Origin: Octopus sinensis
Lineage: Eukaryota
Direction of reading: 5' to 3'
Assembly (NCBI RefSeq): GCF_006345805.1
Contig: NC_042997.1
Coordinates: 34,782,001-34,846,000 of the forward strand
Length of the DNA: 64,000 nucleotides
In this document: piece after piece, positions 41,301 through 55,473 of the stretch
Numbering within the stretch: position 1 is the first letter of the stretch
Layout: the number at the start of each line of letters is the position of its first letter
Position numbers and translations under genes: made by a program
The notes under the pieces: model-generated
What the model saw: the letters and a program-made list of their open reading frames with translations, nothing else
What the model was told of the DNA's origin: nothing
Databases searched by the model: none

Positions 41301-42660
41301 ACTTGTTCTTGATTCTCAGATGAAAGCTGTTTTCGTCACTTACGCACTGAGTGCTCTTCAGTCTGATGTGAACCATATTTAATATCATTTGAACTTAACT
41401 TACACATTTATTGCAATGTGTTTAATTACTACAACATTTTATTTATTAATTATGCTGACATAAGTAGAGGTAGAATCATTCACTTTATATCAGAGTCTTG
41501 GTTATTAACCGAAAGCAAATCTATTTGTTTACGCCTAAGTTCTCACGAACAGGGTATGAGAGTCTCAAAACCTCATCTACACTAACTGTACGTGCAACTG
41601 TTCTCATAATCATTTAGCTCCATTCTCAATCGAGACTGAGCCTATCTATGAAATAAGGTATTCCAGGAGTTGTCATCAGGTTTTTTTAGGAGTATGTCAG
41701 ACGACATTACCCAATACGTCCTTTCTCTTTCATAGACGGTAAACATGAATCCATAAATATTTATCTGCCATTTCTAGTCAATCAATGAGCACTTAGGTGC
41801 TCTGCTTGTCGTGTATGCTGCAAACATCTACCATTGACGCAATTTTTACAATAAAAAATAAAAATACTTTTCTAATAGTGTTATGTAGTATACTAATTGC
41901 CATAAACATATTTTATTTTACTCGCGTCTGTAAATAAAATTTATGTTTTTATTTTAAACGATAAATTCGTGTTCGGGGGGGGGGGGGAATTATAGTAGTT
42001 CTATGAAAAGCCATTCCTGCATCTTGAAACGAAATTATTTTGAAAATTAACTTCACGTGATACTAAGTATAGAGACTAGATTTGTTTTCGAGATTTTGAT
42101 ATTTTTTAAAACCAAAGAACATTTTACAAGTCGCAGAGATAAAACAGTCTTAAAGTACGAAGAGAATTATCGTAACATTCCCTAAGGCTACAGTATAGTC
42201 TATATGCTAAACAACTTGACAATTATACTAAAGTATTTGTTAATTATAAAATATTTCACTCATTTTCGTTACCTGTTCTAACGGTTCAAATATGGAGAAT
42301 GAATTTTACGTTTCTACTTCATCGTACTCAACACAAATCATCCACAAACAAATATGCTTAAAAGCAAATTATAAAAGACTCACATGTAAGTGTTTCGATG
42401 ATATAGTCAATTTATATTTCCTCATAGCGCTGGGATATTAAACGTGTACATATGTGTTCGAAAAACTCTAATGAAATAAAATATAGATAATAGGAAAATC
42501 AAAAGCAAATATATGAAATGTTCCTGAACGATATTGAAAATTCCATCACGAAGTCAACCTTTCCGGAAATAAGCAGCACTTTATACTAATCATTTAGCAA
42601 TTAGAGATAAAATAGGACTGAACTATTCTATCGACAGGATTGCGTAAAACAAGACAATAT

Positions 42661-42748
42661 CGGAAGTAGAGCGGCGTGATTTGTTTTCAGTTCCATCGCA
42701 ACCACATTCGAGCAAAGTAGTCGAATTCCGAATACTGGGAAGGTAATA
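42661..42748 (+). promoter_or_regulatory. Possible ETS-type promoter and short non-coding first exon
   Basis: CGGAAGT at 42661 and CCGGAAAT near 42563; locally CpG-rich unique DNA; donor-like GAAG|GTAATA at 42743. Confidence 0.3.
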
Positions 42749-42934
42749 TACATAAAATAAATTTGCGTGTTACGTTATTTTATTTTTGGAGTAGCAAATC
42801 AGCGTATGAGCATCATATGATGATCATTTCTTTGATGAGAAGTAAAAACTGAGATGGTATTGATTCGGTAGTAGACAGAGAATGAAAGAAGTTTGTCGTA
42901 CATTCACACACACATACACATACACATGTATACA

Positions 42935-43110
42935 TTTCCGTGTCTTTGTACTTGTGTTTGTCCCCACCACCGCTTGACAACCGGTGTTAGTGTTAACGTT
43001 CCTGTAACATAGCGGCTCGGCAAAAGTCACCGATAGAATAAGTACCAGCCTTTAAAAATGTCCTACCGTTGAATTTCTCGACTACAAACCCTTCGTGGCG
43101 GTAGTATTGA
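42935..43110 (+). mobile_element. Old SINE family A 3' fragment
   Basis: GCTTGACAACCGGTGTT...CGATAGAATAAGTAC. Confidence 0.7.
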
Positions 43111-43230
43111 TGTCGATCAAATTGACTCCTGATACAAAATCCCACCAAAACGCCTTCGTGCCGATGTTTGACACTTTATACATACATGCATACATACATA
43201 CATACATACATACATACATACATACATACA

Positions 43231-43263
<33 letters not shown>

Positions 43264-43737
43264 GCATACGCATATACACATACACAAACATGCACACATA
43301 TATCATATAGCACGTAAACCCAAAAAGCATTTAAGACTTACTATTGCTAATTTGGTAGAATTTTTATAATTCATTTACAGATTACATCAAGATATAATTG
43401 TTGGAAGTTTTAACCGCCATTGGTGTTTATTTTTTATACCTACGCCACACGAAGAGTCAACCCCAGAATCGGATGTACGGTTTAAAATAGATTTGGTACT
43501 TGCTCTCAACGGTATCCTACTTCATATTTTCAGCGTTATTTGCCTCCTGTGACCTCAGTATTATCGTATCTAGTCATTCCTGTCGTTCTACGTACTGTTG
43601 TGCACAAATTCTAAAGGATAATCATCACTAAATCATATTTATACATGTATGTATGTACGTATGTATGTATGTATGTATGTATGTATGTATGTATGTATGT
43701 ATGTATGTATGTATGTATGTATGTATGTGTGTGTATG

Positions 43738-43769
<32 letters not shown>

Positions 43770-43774
43770 CGTGT

Positions 43775-43985
43775 TTTTGTGTCTGTGCTAGTAACGTACC
43801 AGCGTGTCTGTGTTAGTCACGTACCAAAAGTACTAACCGGTGTTAGTATGTTTACGTCCCCGTAACTCAGCGGCTCCGCAAAAGATCTCGATAGAATATG
43901 TACCAGGCTTTAAAAATGTTCTTGGGTCCAGTTGTTCGACTAAAAACCTTTCAAGTCGGTGTCCCAGCAGCATGCCGCAGTTACG
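43775..43985 (+). mobile_element. Old SINE family A 3' fragment
   Basis: TTTACGTCCCCGTAACTCAGCGG...CATGCCGCAG. Confidence 0.7.
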
Positions 43986-44513
43986 CAAGTAAATTATAAA
44001 AAACTATATATATATATATATATACATGATATGCAAATATACATATACATATATATGTACGCATGTGTTATATGCTCATATTATTTGTATTGTATTTAAA
44101 ATATTTATATTTTCCTGAAGCATATGTTGTTGAATGCTCATATTGCAAGTAATGTATGTTATACCTACTTCTCTCTTTATCTCTCTCCCTCTTTCTGTTA
44201 TACATGTATGTGTTTGTGTGTGCGTGTATGTATGTACGTATGCTTGGAAGTATTGCATATGAGTGTGATTATGTATGTGTCTATGTGTGAGCATGGAAAA
44301 GAGAAAGAGAGTGTCTGTGTTTATAATATTAATATTTCTATTTATAAGACATAAAACATTTTTTTGCAGATGATGTAAATGTTATTCTTCTCTGTTTTAT
44401 TAGACAAATATTTCCATCATATTTGCCCATACTCCGTTTACATAAATTTCCAAAGCGGCAATACACAGGTGCACATATATCTACCCGCACCATAAATGTA
44501 TACATATATATAT

Positions 44514-44544
<31 letters not shown>

Positions 44545-46134
44545 ATCGTGTATTTGAGTATTAATATAATGTTTTTAAAATTTTGGCAAAACACATCTCT
44601 CACCTCTATATATTATTACACATATACATCACATTTACATACATATACATATGTGTGCGTGTGTATATATACACACACTCATAACTTAAATGTAACTACT
44701 TTTACAAAAGATTTGCATTATATTATTTTAATATTTACGAAAAAATTCATTAAAAGAATGTCTCTTCTTATCTTACAAAACATTCCATTGTATTCAACAT
44801 CTATTTTAATCATCACACGCACAAAGTAATTTTATGAAACCTTTCTATTCTACCAATAACACAAGAGTTTTGTATTAAATTGTATAAAAAAAACATACTT
44901 TGTAGTTATTTCAGTAAAACTCTCGAATCTATTTTAAATATCAAATTTCTAGATCGATATATTTTTACTGATAACTTGGTTTATGACATTAATATTTTTC
45001 ATTTATTTGTTTATTTATTAATTCACACTTTAACTTTGATGGCTTCTTAATGCAATCAGTTATCAATAATAGAATACTGGGTGCGGATAAAAATGTATAG
45101 AAGCTCAAAACATGAGATTCTACACTTTCACGTTCATAGTTTGACTCACTTTAAACATGAATTCAATACTAGATTTTTATTTAAGCTCTATCTTTGGCAA
45201 ATTCCGGAGAGATACTAAAAACTAACTACAAATATCTTTAACAACAACGCCAAATGCCCAAATCGTCATCACTAGAGTATCCACCAGTTCAATCAACGTA
45301 ACAATGAAGATATGTTGTGCGTATTTCAAGTATGCAGAAGCAGATAACATTTCATCTTGGGAATCATATTTGTTTTGAAACCGGTTATTTAATTGCTTTT
45401 TTTAAAACCTTAATTCGATCTTTTCTTTATTTTATCTATTTAAATAATAACATTGTAGGTTTACTGCTTCATAATAGAACTATTAATGTTGTTACTTAAT
45501 TTCGTTACTAACATCCTCATGACGTTCAGATTAAAGAAACATGGTTGAGTTGACAATAAACTAAGCTCCCCAATCTAATATGTCGAAAATATTTTACATA
45601 GAAAATTGATTGCTGCTGCTATGAAGAATCTCTCTGATGTCATTAATTTGAATCCAAATTTATATGACAAAGAAATACGCTGACATCTGTTGGAGCAAAT
45701 TTACTTCAGATCTCTACTACAATCGTCTAAAGTTCAAAGCAAAGATTAACTATTGATGCACCTGGAAATCAGGGTTTTCTTTAATAAGGACCTCAACGTA
45801 GGTATAAAACGAGAAGAACGTCTGACTAACACCGCAGATATCAATCACAATTTTGTTGAAAGAGATATAATGAATAGAGATTACAACGTTCCAACAATGT
45901 AAACTTTCACCACAGCCTTTGAGGTTTGCGGAAACATCAATGCCAAAGAAAAAAGAAAAAAAAAAGATAAACACTTTTGAGCATTTCGAGAACTTGATTC
46001 AATTAATATTACATGAATCATAGCTTGAAATGCCAGCCAGAACGAAACTCAGTTCTATATTTCTCCGTCGAACCTAATCTAATTTTCTTAAGAATTGGCA
46101 CGCGTTGGATTACTTTACATATGTTAATTTCAAA

Positions 46135-46338
46135 TTTAGGCACAAGGCCAGCAGTTGTGGGTGAGTGGTTAAGTCGATTAAACCGACTCAAGTGCTCAAC
46201 TGGTACTCACTTTATTGACCCTGTAATGATGAAAGGCAAAGTCGACCACGGCAGAATTTGAACTCGGAAAGTAAAGTCGGACGAAATACCGTTTCGCACT
46301 TTACCCGGCATGCTACCAATTTTGCAAACTCGCTGCCT
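46135..46338 (-). mobile_element. SINE family B (tail type 2), older copy
   Basis: Family B head and core, with tail ...GCTGGCCTTGTGCCTAAA on the minus strand. Confidence 0.8.
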
Positions 46339-47011
46339 CTCTTCTTAACATATATTAATAAGAAATCTATCCATATAGATATTTTTCCTTGTTTGATTTG
46401 GTGAAAGGGGTAGAGCTGATGGTCTTTGCAGGTCATCGGCACAGCCCCTTCCAGCCCGGTGAGATTGATACCATTGTGATACCATAAAATTCTTTAAACT
46501 ATGTAAATCACAACTTGAACAAAAGACGTTAACAAACAGGGAATCCCAGACGGCCAACATTATATGAGGGGAGCTGAAGTGTAGGGAGTAGTGCAGGATG
46601 TGAAGGCCTTAAAAATAATGAGGTTGATGGGAGAAGAAACGATAGAGATGTGAACGCCTGAGTTCAGGTAGTACAAGCTCAGACTGCTTCAAAGAGCAGA
46701 TATTATTATAATAAATATATAAAAAGTAGAGAGAGGAGGCAGTGTAACAGTGAATATGAAGCAAAGCATAGAGGTGAGTGGCATTATGCCAACCAGTCTA
46801 GTGGTCTCTTTTGTTGATATGGTGTATGATGTCTGTCGGCGTAGCAACTATTTTCCGTTGTATTAATTTAGTCTATCAGCAAATAACTATATTTTTACAT
46901 ATTGCACGTCCCAATTTTTATCTACTCTGTATAAACTATTCACAATTGTGTTGTTTGTGTGCTCCAGCATGGCTGCAGTCAAATAACTGAATCAAGTAAA
47001 ACAATAAATTA

Positions 47012-47048
<37 letters not shown>

Positions 47049-47081
47049 CGTATATATATATATAAGCACACACACACACAC

Positions 47082-47135
<54 letters not shown>

Positions 47136-47179
47136 GGTTGACTGTAGTAGGTTTGAGATTTTTCAGGACAGACAATTTT

Positions 47180-47916
47180 TTCGAGGAAGTACAAAATACT
47201 AGACTCCATCAAGATATGCTCCTCCGATTTCATTGCAGTAGTGGCCTTCCAGCCACTTCGTAAAAGCCCTCCAGAATGACGGTGTCCAGGGCTCTTCTCA
47301 AAATCTCCTTCAGCTTCTCTTTCAACGTAGGAAAGAACTAAATTCACAGGGAGCAACTTCTGAACTTTAAGGAAGATAAGGGACGTTTTGATGCTCCACT
47401 CTATCAGGTGGTTGTTTACCAGGATGGACTATTGGACTCGTACATTGCCCTGGTTCAATTACTCTCGCCTTTTGCGACAAAATCTCTTCCTGAAATCCCT
47501 CAAAATCTCTACAAAATATTTTTTCTTAGCTGTCTGATCAGGAGAAATCCAGTGAATATAGATGATGCATTTGCTGTCGGAAAAGGAGATAATCATGTCA
47601 GTGTGGGCGGAATTGCTTCGCATGACCATGCGTACCAACGGAAAACAGACGCTTGGCTCATTCGAATGTATACATAAGCAATATGGAGCATTTCATAAGT
47701 TTCTGTAGCGTTTTTGTTCAGTTTAGCACAAACGTTTATTGGTTAGCGAGGTTCCAAATTGTTTTACAAACCCGACTGCATTCTGCAAAATAGTCAACCG
47801 TGAGAAGCAATGTTTTAGTAGGCTGTGTTCAAAGTGCCGTCTCCTTCACCCAGCTTATTAGATTGTAATTATATACTAAAGTTACAATAATCCAGGACAT
47901 TTGTAACTACCTCTCA
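47180..47916 (-). mobile_element. Degraded mariner-like transposon
   Basis: One TIR, TA|TGAGAGGTAGTTACAAATGTCCTGG, at the right end; the minus-strand C-terminal peptide ...CNEIGGAYLDG resembles KCIE.GGAYFEG. Confidence 0.6.
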
Positions 47917-47956
47917 TAGAAAGTATTTCAATACTTCTAGAATGAACATTGTATAC

Positions 47957-48009
<53 letters not shown>

Positions 48010-48011
<2 letters not shown>

Positions 48012-48417
48012 CGCAGGAGTGGCTGTGTGGTAAGTAGCTTGCTAACCAACCACATGGTTCCGGGTTCAGTCCCAGTGCGTGGCATCTTGGGTAAGTGTCT
48101 TCTGCTATAGCCCTGGGCCGACCAATGCCTTGTGAGTGGATTTGGTAGACGGAAACTGAAAGAAGCCTGTCGTATATATGTATATATATATATATATATG
48201 TATGTGTTTGTGTGTCTGTGTTTGTACCCCTAGCATTGCTTGACAACCGATACTGGTGTGCTTACGTCCCCGTCACTTAGCGGTTCGGCAAAAAGAGACC
48301 GATAGAATAAGTACTGGGCTTACAAAGAATAAGTCCCGGGGTCGATTTGCTCGACTAAAGGCGGTGCTGCAGTATGGCCGTAGTCAAATGACTGAAACAA
48401 GTAAAAGAGGTAAAAGA

Positions 48418-48420
<3 letters not shown>
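48010..48420 (+). mobile_element. SINE family A, full length, young, inserted in (TA)n
   Basis: Complete head, body and tail, with (TA)n on both sides. Confidence 0.95.
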
Positions 48421-48461
<41 letters not shown>

Positions 48462-48466
<5 letters not shown>

Positions 48467-48665
48467 TAATCCAAACAAGAAAGCACAAAAAAACACAACA
48501 ACGCGAGGACGTGGAACAAATATAGTATTATTGGACGCTCAGGAAAGAAGGAAAGAAGGAGGGTTTAACGTTTCGATCGGAGCTCTTCGTCGGAAACATA
48601 GGAGACGGAAAGATCAAGACAAGGGAAGACAGAGGAAAAAAAATCGCCAACGGTACACACGAGAT
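48462..48665 (-). mobile_element. Hammerhead-bearing short repeat family P1, second copy
   Basis: Homologous to 13430-13636. Confidence 0.75.
48563..48597 (-). ncRNA. Minimal type-I hammerhead ribozyme-like motif
   Basis: GUUU-CCGACGA-A-GAGC(UCC)GAUC-GAAA-CG-UU-AAAC; 4-bp stem I, palindromic ACGU stem III, U4C variant, one mismatch in stem II. Confidence 0.6.
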
Positions 48666-49164
48666 ACATATATGTACATGTGCGCCTTGACCGTTTTTAA
48701 TGTACTGGGCTTAGTATCTCTGCTAAATTCCCCCAACTTCAATTAATATGTATCAGTGAAAATTCGTGGTTGTAGTCGTCTTCTGACTGCTATTTTTCGC
48801 GTGCCGGTGCTATTTGTAGCACCCTTCATTATTAGTTAATAATTTTTTTACCTTGCCACTTGATACAGTCGTAAACAATAATATCCTTATATATATTTAG
48901 AATCTATAATTCATCTGGATCACCTTTTTAAATTTGCCGCGGCTTAGGAAGCGGCAATCGCTCACATTGTTTGAAATGGGCAGGTTCTACGATCCTCAGG
49001 TCAGTAAGACTCGCTGATGGGAACTAAGTGGCATCTTTACAATGTTTGAAATCGTGACGGGTATGTCTGGGTTTTTAATTTACGATTCTTTTTGTTATTG
49101 TTACGGGGGCTTAGAATTTCCACTCTTTCCCCCGATTTCAATTAATGTGTATCAATGAAAATTA

Positions 49165-49510
49165 TATTACTTGCTTTATTCATTGGTGTCCGGCCATGCC
49201 GGGGCATAGCCTTTAACAAATCAACCTCGTTATTTATTTAAAGCACTTATTCTATCAGTTTTCTTTTCGCCAAACCGTTATTACTCCTACTTAAACAAAC
49301 TACTCCCAGTTGTCAAGTGGTGGGGGGATATAAACATACACTCACATGCGCAGACATACAAGCAAGAGGTTTCTTTCAGATTCCGTCTACAAAGTCCATT
49401 GAGGAGGCTTTGGTCGGCACGGAGCTATAGTAGAGAATACTCGGCCAGAGCACCATGCATCCAGAACTATGTGTGTGAGAATCAAACGTCTTGACACATA
49501 GCCACTTATG
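49165..49510 (-). mobile_element. Old, diverged SINE family A copy
   Basis: Colinear remnants of tail, body and head (GCTTTGGTCGGC, CACATAGCCAC). Confidence 0.7.
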
Positions 49511-50166
49511 GAAGTAAAAGTAACAAAGAAGGGATTCTGTTGATTTTTTAAGTCTATTATAATGTTAGAAACTAATGCATCAAAATGCAAGCTTAAATAA
49601 GATTAATTAATTACACAAAGATATTTCTACGTCTGTATATCTGAAGTGTTAAGAGTTTTATCTCATTTGTAGTGGGTAATTATATGACAAGAAGATAGTA
49701 ACTGACTTGCAACTCGATGTGCTAGGAACAGTATTCTATTTCGCTTGAATTCACGCACTACAGACTTTAAAAGGTACTGACATTCGATAATATGGCCTGA
49801 CAATTACGGGCAAATATTGTAGATGGAACACAGATCACAGATCTGATGCACCAGAGCAGGACGGGAGCTAAACAAACACGGCAATAGTATTATATATTGT
49901 TATATATATATATATTAGATGCAGGATTTCTGTATTTCTGATTATTTGCATGATATCCTTTTCTTGAGAATCCAATGATCACAAATGTTCAAGGCATGAT
50001 CCTCTCTGTCTTTTTCAGATTGTATATTTAGAATATATTACTAAATACATACCTCAGTTGTTAAGTCACTTGAACATCCTTTTAGAAAGATGTGGCTATT
50101 TTTAGGTTATCTATCATCCACAATGAGTGCCATCGGCATTTTAGTGAAGTTAGTATATATATAAAT

Positions 50167-50385
50167 CAGTGGTTTTCAACCAGGGTTCCGCGGAACCATA
50201 GGGTTCCGCCAGTTCAGTCCAGGGGTTCCGCAAGAAGTTACAAAACTGCTAAAATCGGCAGTAATTTTTAATTCTCCTGTGCAGATATGTGTGCATAAGA
50301 CTATTAAATTATTGCACAAGGGTTCCTCGAGCCCGTGGAATGTTTCCTTGGGGTTCCGCTCCAGCAAAACGTTTGAAAAGCACTG
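50167..50385. mobile_element. hAT (Charlie-like) MITE
   Basis: TIRs CAGTGGTTTTCAA / TTGAAAAGCACTG; 8-bp TSD ATATAAAT/ATCTAAAT; repeated GGGTTCCGC subterminal motifs. Confidence 0.88.
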
Positions 50386-51486
50386 ATCTAAATATATGCA
50401 TCCACAGTTTTAAATATTTCCAGCAAAAATAGTCATAAAAAGACAAAAATGTTCAACATGAACAATAAAGTGAAATAAATTTTAGTTCTATACTGAACTT
50501 TCTCGATTTTGATTTAACTCCGAACAGAACTGAAAACGTTGTTCCCTCATTGGGACAAGAGAAGTAAATGGTAGCTACTTGCTTGTCTAAAATAACTAAT
50601 TGTCTATAATATAGGTAATTTCCCTAATATATACTGTTTATACAATCGACACAGCTTTACTTTACATAACTTTATTCTAACAATAGCTCATAGGATGATT
50701 CTTTTAATGATAAAGCCATTATTTTTATGAATAATTATTTTCAAAAACACAATGAATTATTTGATTATATTTTGGACGAAAGAGTCTTCTGTATTTATTG
50801 CGTACTTTATATTTGATTAATAAATAAGAAAAATGTTGTTGTTTTTTTCGTAAGTTTTATGGTTCCGTGTCTGTGCTTTTACTGTTTCAAAATAATTTGA
50901 TATATTCACAAAAATGTTTCCGAGTGGCTGTGGTAGACAATTGTAGTAATGTTTATATTGATTTTTTTTTCTTTCTGGGTTTCATGTTTAAAAGAAATGT
51001 CTGTGCGTCCAACTCAATAGAAGAGGAGACAATCATTAATATATTGCAAGGAATATAATTTTTATTGCTTCATATAAAGGCGACAGAAATATTATTTTTT
51101 GATTTGATATATGAAAAAGCTGTGTAACTAATACCTCCTTCATAAATAAATTTGAGCAACTGAGAGGGAACATGACAGCAAAAGTAAAATGAAGTTAATT
51201 GATGGGAAACTATTCAACTAAAAATATTTAAAAAAAGGTTATGGAAATACTTTAATAAAATTCATCATAAAACTTGATACATTTAATATATAAGCTGATA
51301 GATCTAAATGATAGTCTCGTGACTGAATTCTAATGCTAATATCTGCAAAATGGTTTATCAATATTATGCGATAGCTTAAGAAATTATTTATCAGCTTCGT
51401 TTAATTAACACGACGCAATACCTATTGAAGAAAACCCTTTCCAGTTATAACTGTTGTGACGAAGTTATACTCCTAGCAAATAATAC

Positions 51487-51873
51487 ATGGATGGAAGCAC
51501 TCCGTCGGTTCCGACGACGAAGGTTCCGGTTAATCCGGATCAACGGAACAGCTTGCTCGTGAAATTAGCGTGTAAGTGGCTGAGCACTCCACAGACACGT
51601 GTACCTTAACGTAGTTCTCGGGGATATTCAGCGTGACACAGAGAGTGACAAGGCCGGCCCTTTGAAATACAGGTACAACAGAAACAGGAAGTAAGAGTGA
51701 GAGAAAGCTGTGGTGAAAGAGTACAGCAGGGATCACCACCATCCCCTGCCGGAGCCTCGTGGAGCTTTAGGTGTTTTCGCTCAATAAACACTCACAACGC
51801 CCGGTCTGGGAATCGAAACCGCGATCCTACGACCACGAGTCCGCTGCCATAACCACTGGGCCATTGCGCCTCC
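51487..51873 (-). mobile_element. tRNA-derived SINE, family C
   Basis: Head GGAGGCGCAATGGCCCAGTGGTTA...GGTTTCGATTCCC (A and B boxes), about 390 bp. Confidence 0.9.
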
Positions 51874-52086
51874 AGAAATAATACACCAGATAAGTAAATT
51901 AGAAGAGGTTGGTGATTTATTTTCTGTAAAATTTGGTATTTATTTCAAGCTATTGAGTCTCAGTTCCAATCGACATTATTCAGGTTGCGCATCGTCAAAA
52001 CAAAATGGTTTTACTGTATTTACATTAATCTACGAAAGAAATCCTAAGAATCTATATAGCACACGGGCATGTATATACTTAAGTAC

Positions 52087-52163
52087 ATCCATCCATCCAT
52101 CCATCCATCCATCCATCCATCCATCCATCCATCCATCCATCCATCCATCCATCCATCCATCCA
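52087..52163. repeat. (TCCA)n microsatellite grading into (TACA)n
   Basis: Direct reading. Confidence 0.95.
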
Positions 52164-53313
52164 TACATACATACATACATACATACATGCATACATCATA
52201 CATACATATGCTCATTACCAGCAGACATAAACAAACGAACATATGTATATACGTATATAAATATATGTACCCTGTAATAATATAAAATAAACATATTTTA
52301 TTATTTGAGTGGTGTGAAAGAATTATCAGTGATGCCCAAGACATCAGTCGACCTCTAATACAGGTGAGAGTGTAGCCATCAGAATACATTTGAAGCTGTT
52401 GGATGTCGACACCTGTATGGAAAACATGAGCAGGGAAGATATTACAGAAGTCCAAATATTCTGGGGAGGAAATAATTGGCATAACTGTGTGTATAGATAC
52501 AACGGAGCTAGACGTAACAACGGCTTTGAGAGTTGGACGTAATAAAGGCGTTAAGAATCAGGAGTCATTAGGGCATGAACGAAGAGGCACAAGACCAGAC
52601 AACTCTTAGGAATATAGGCCCTAATAGTTGCAGCAGATTGACAGAATAAAGTTATCCCTGTGGTTCTGTTAGTGATTTTATGCCAGTCACTCGAATGGCT
52701 TTTCTCTGGATGCAGTCTAGGATATATGTGTGTGCAAAAGCAATGTAACCTTGACGATGAGACAATCATACTGTAGAATAATAATTGTGGATAATTTATT
52801 TAACCTTCGCCTTATTGAAAATTATATGTTTATACATGTACGTCGAAAATCAATCTGTATTGGTGCTTTTGCTATTAAATCTCAGCTATGTAGTTTGTAT
52901 CATTATGTAAACTTCTTTGCGTTAGAGATATTTTGTTTACGTGTTGCATGACAAAATATATCCATCTTCGATTTGATGATTCAAATCTCCTACAAAGATA
53001 GAAAGAAATTTTGAAGTTGACATTTCGCTATCTAAAATCTTATAACTGGTTTTACTGAAGAATAACAATGCATTATTGTATATGGCTCTTCTTCATCTAT
53101 ATTAAACTTATTTCAGTCGAAGAGAATTATATATATTAACTTCAAGATATTTTGTGATTAGGCAGGCATGTATAAAGCCAATGAATTGCAGTTTAAAAAA
53201 ATATTTATAACGTTTTGAAATCAAAAGATTCGTACCAATTTATATACAGATAAGTATAATTTAAAATTGAAGGGTAGAAATATTGTCTCGAAATTCTCGG
53301 TTGTTTCGACAGA

Positions 53314-53458
<145 letters not shown>

Positions 53459-53521
53459 TGATAGATATACATATACATATGCATGCACACATACATGCAA
53501 TACGCACGTGCTATATATACC

Positions 53522-53926
53522 TATTTCTTTACTACCCACAAGGGGCTAAACATAGAGAGGACAAACAAGGACAGACAAACGGATTAAGTCGATTATATCG
53601 ACCTCAGTGCGTAACTGGTACTTATTTAATCGACCCCGAAAGGATGAAAGGCAAAGTCGACCTCGGCGGAATTTGAACTCAGAACGTAACGGCAGACGAA
53701 ATACCTATTTCTTTACTACCCACAAGGGGCTAAACATAGAGAGGACAAACAAGGACAGACAAACGGATTATGTCGATTATATCGACGCCAGTGCGTAACT
53801 GGTACTTACTTAATCGACCCCGAAAGGATGAGAGGCAAAGTCGACCTCGGCGGAATTTGAACTCAGAACGTAACGGCAGACGAAATACGGCTACGCATTT
53901 CGCCCGGCGTACTAACGTTTCTGCCA
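53522..53926 (-). mobile_element. SINE family B tandem dimer (184-bp period)
   Basis: Two body-plus-tail units and one head; 18-bp TSD GCACGTGCTATA(T/A)ATACC at 53504-53521 and 53927-53944. Confidence 0.92.
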
Positions 53927-55441
53927 GCACGTGCTATAAATACCGTCATGGTTTGGAAACACAATAGTTCGGCAGCTTTATATATCACGTCTGCAAGCAA
54001 TCCTTCAGACTCGAATACATATGCATGTTGCATTTATGAAAAAAAAACAAAAAAAACGAGAAAAACTGAGAGAGCTTCTTGCAAAAGGCAGAGTGAGAAA
54101 AGCTAGAACGAGAAAGCTGAATGGAAATGGGAAAAATTATAATTAATCTAATATAATGCAACGACGACTTAGTCTCCAACAAATAGACACAAAATATTCG
54201 AACGCATCTTAAATTGCCGACATGTTCTAATATTTCTGCTAACTTCGGATACGTGACCAAAATTACAGACAGATAAGGGGTCAATCCCATGTTCAGCCAC
54301 ACCACTGTACACATGACCAACTATAGGATTTAGTACTTGTCAGTAATAAATTAACCAAGTTTAGACTAATAATATCAGTCAAAACATGAAGATGCCATCG
54401 TAACACTAATAACGGGATTTATTCTGAAGCATGTCAATTTTCTATCTTTGATAAATATTATACTCTTCGATAACTCTATTTGCCGAGTGGAAAAAAAAAC
54501 AAAAATAAGGCAAAAGCATTTAAATAATCCTACTAACATTCCCTTCCAATATTTATTTCTAAAATTCTGGTTAAGCAACAGAAAATTTTGCATCTATATA
54601 TGCATATACATATGTTATGTGTGTGTGTATATATATATGTATAGTGTGTTTCGGGATAGTCACTTTTTTGCCAAATAAACACACGCACTAATAGTGCATG
54701 TATATGTGTATGCATGCATGTATGTATGTATGTATGTGTGGGTATTTATGTGAGCATTGGTATGCGCACATAGATGGAAAGATATAGAGAAACAGAAATA
54801 TATATTCACAGAAATATATGTTAACACACTCATTTATGTATTTGTGTTTACTGACACATATACATATAAAATAGAAATATCCTTACCCTGTCTAAAAGTT
54901 TTGGATACATAAACTTGTTTAGAAACAAAATATATATATTGTAAAGAAAAATATGAATGTTGACGTATAGAGAAAGTAGTACAAATTCTTCTGAATTAAT
55001 AACCAACAAACTTATTTATCAGTGTGTAAGATTTAAGTTATTTTTGCATCGCAACCAAATAATGTAATTCACAACATATAATTTATATGTTTACGATAGT
55101 ATTATATCCTCCGGTTCCAAATTCTGAAAGATTATTGCAACAAAATGATATTATTTGAAAAAATATTATGTCATAGGGATAATTTCAGGAGTAAAATATA
55201 TACTTCACATACGAATAATATAGTCTAGAATGTACAAGATTTACATAAACTTATTTGGAGACATGGCATAGATGAGAGAGGGAAAGAGAAAAGAAAAACG
55301 AATGAAGGTAAGGAGAGAGGGAAGCGGAAAGAAAAAGAGAGAGAAAGAGAGGCGGGAGAGAAAAGCGAAAAAGAAGCAGAATATTAAATTTTAGATTTCA
55401 CAATTCTGGTCACATTTTTGTTTTTGGCTTTCAGAACAAAC

Positions 55442-55473
<32 letters not shown>

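Noticed and set aside
45600-45960. About 120-codon frame with three stops and a TPR-like phrase (AMKNLSDVINLNPN)
   Set aside because: No family is recognisable; not enough to call a pseudogene.
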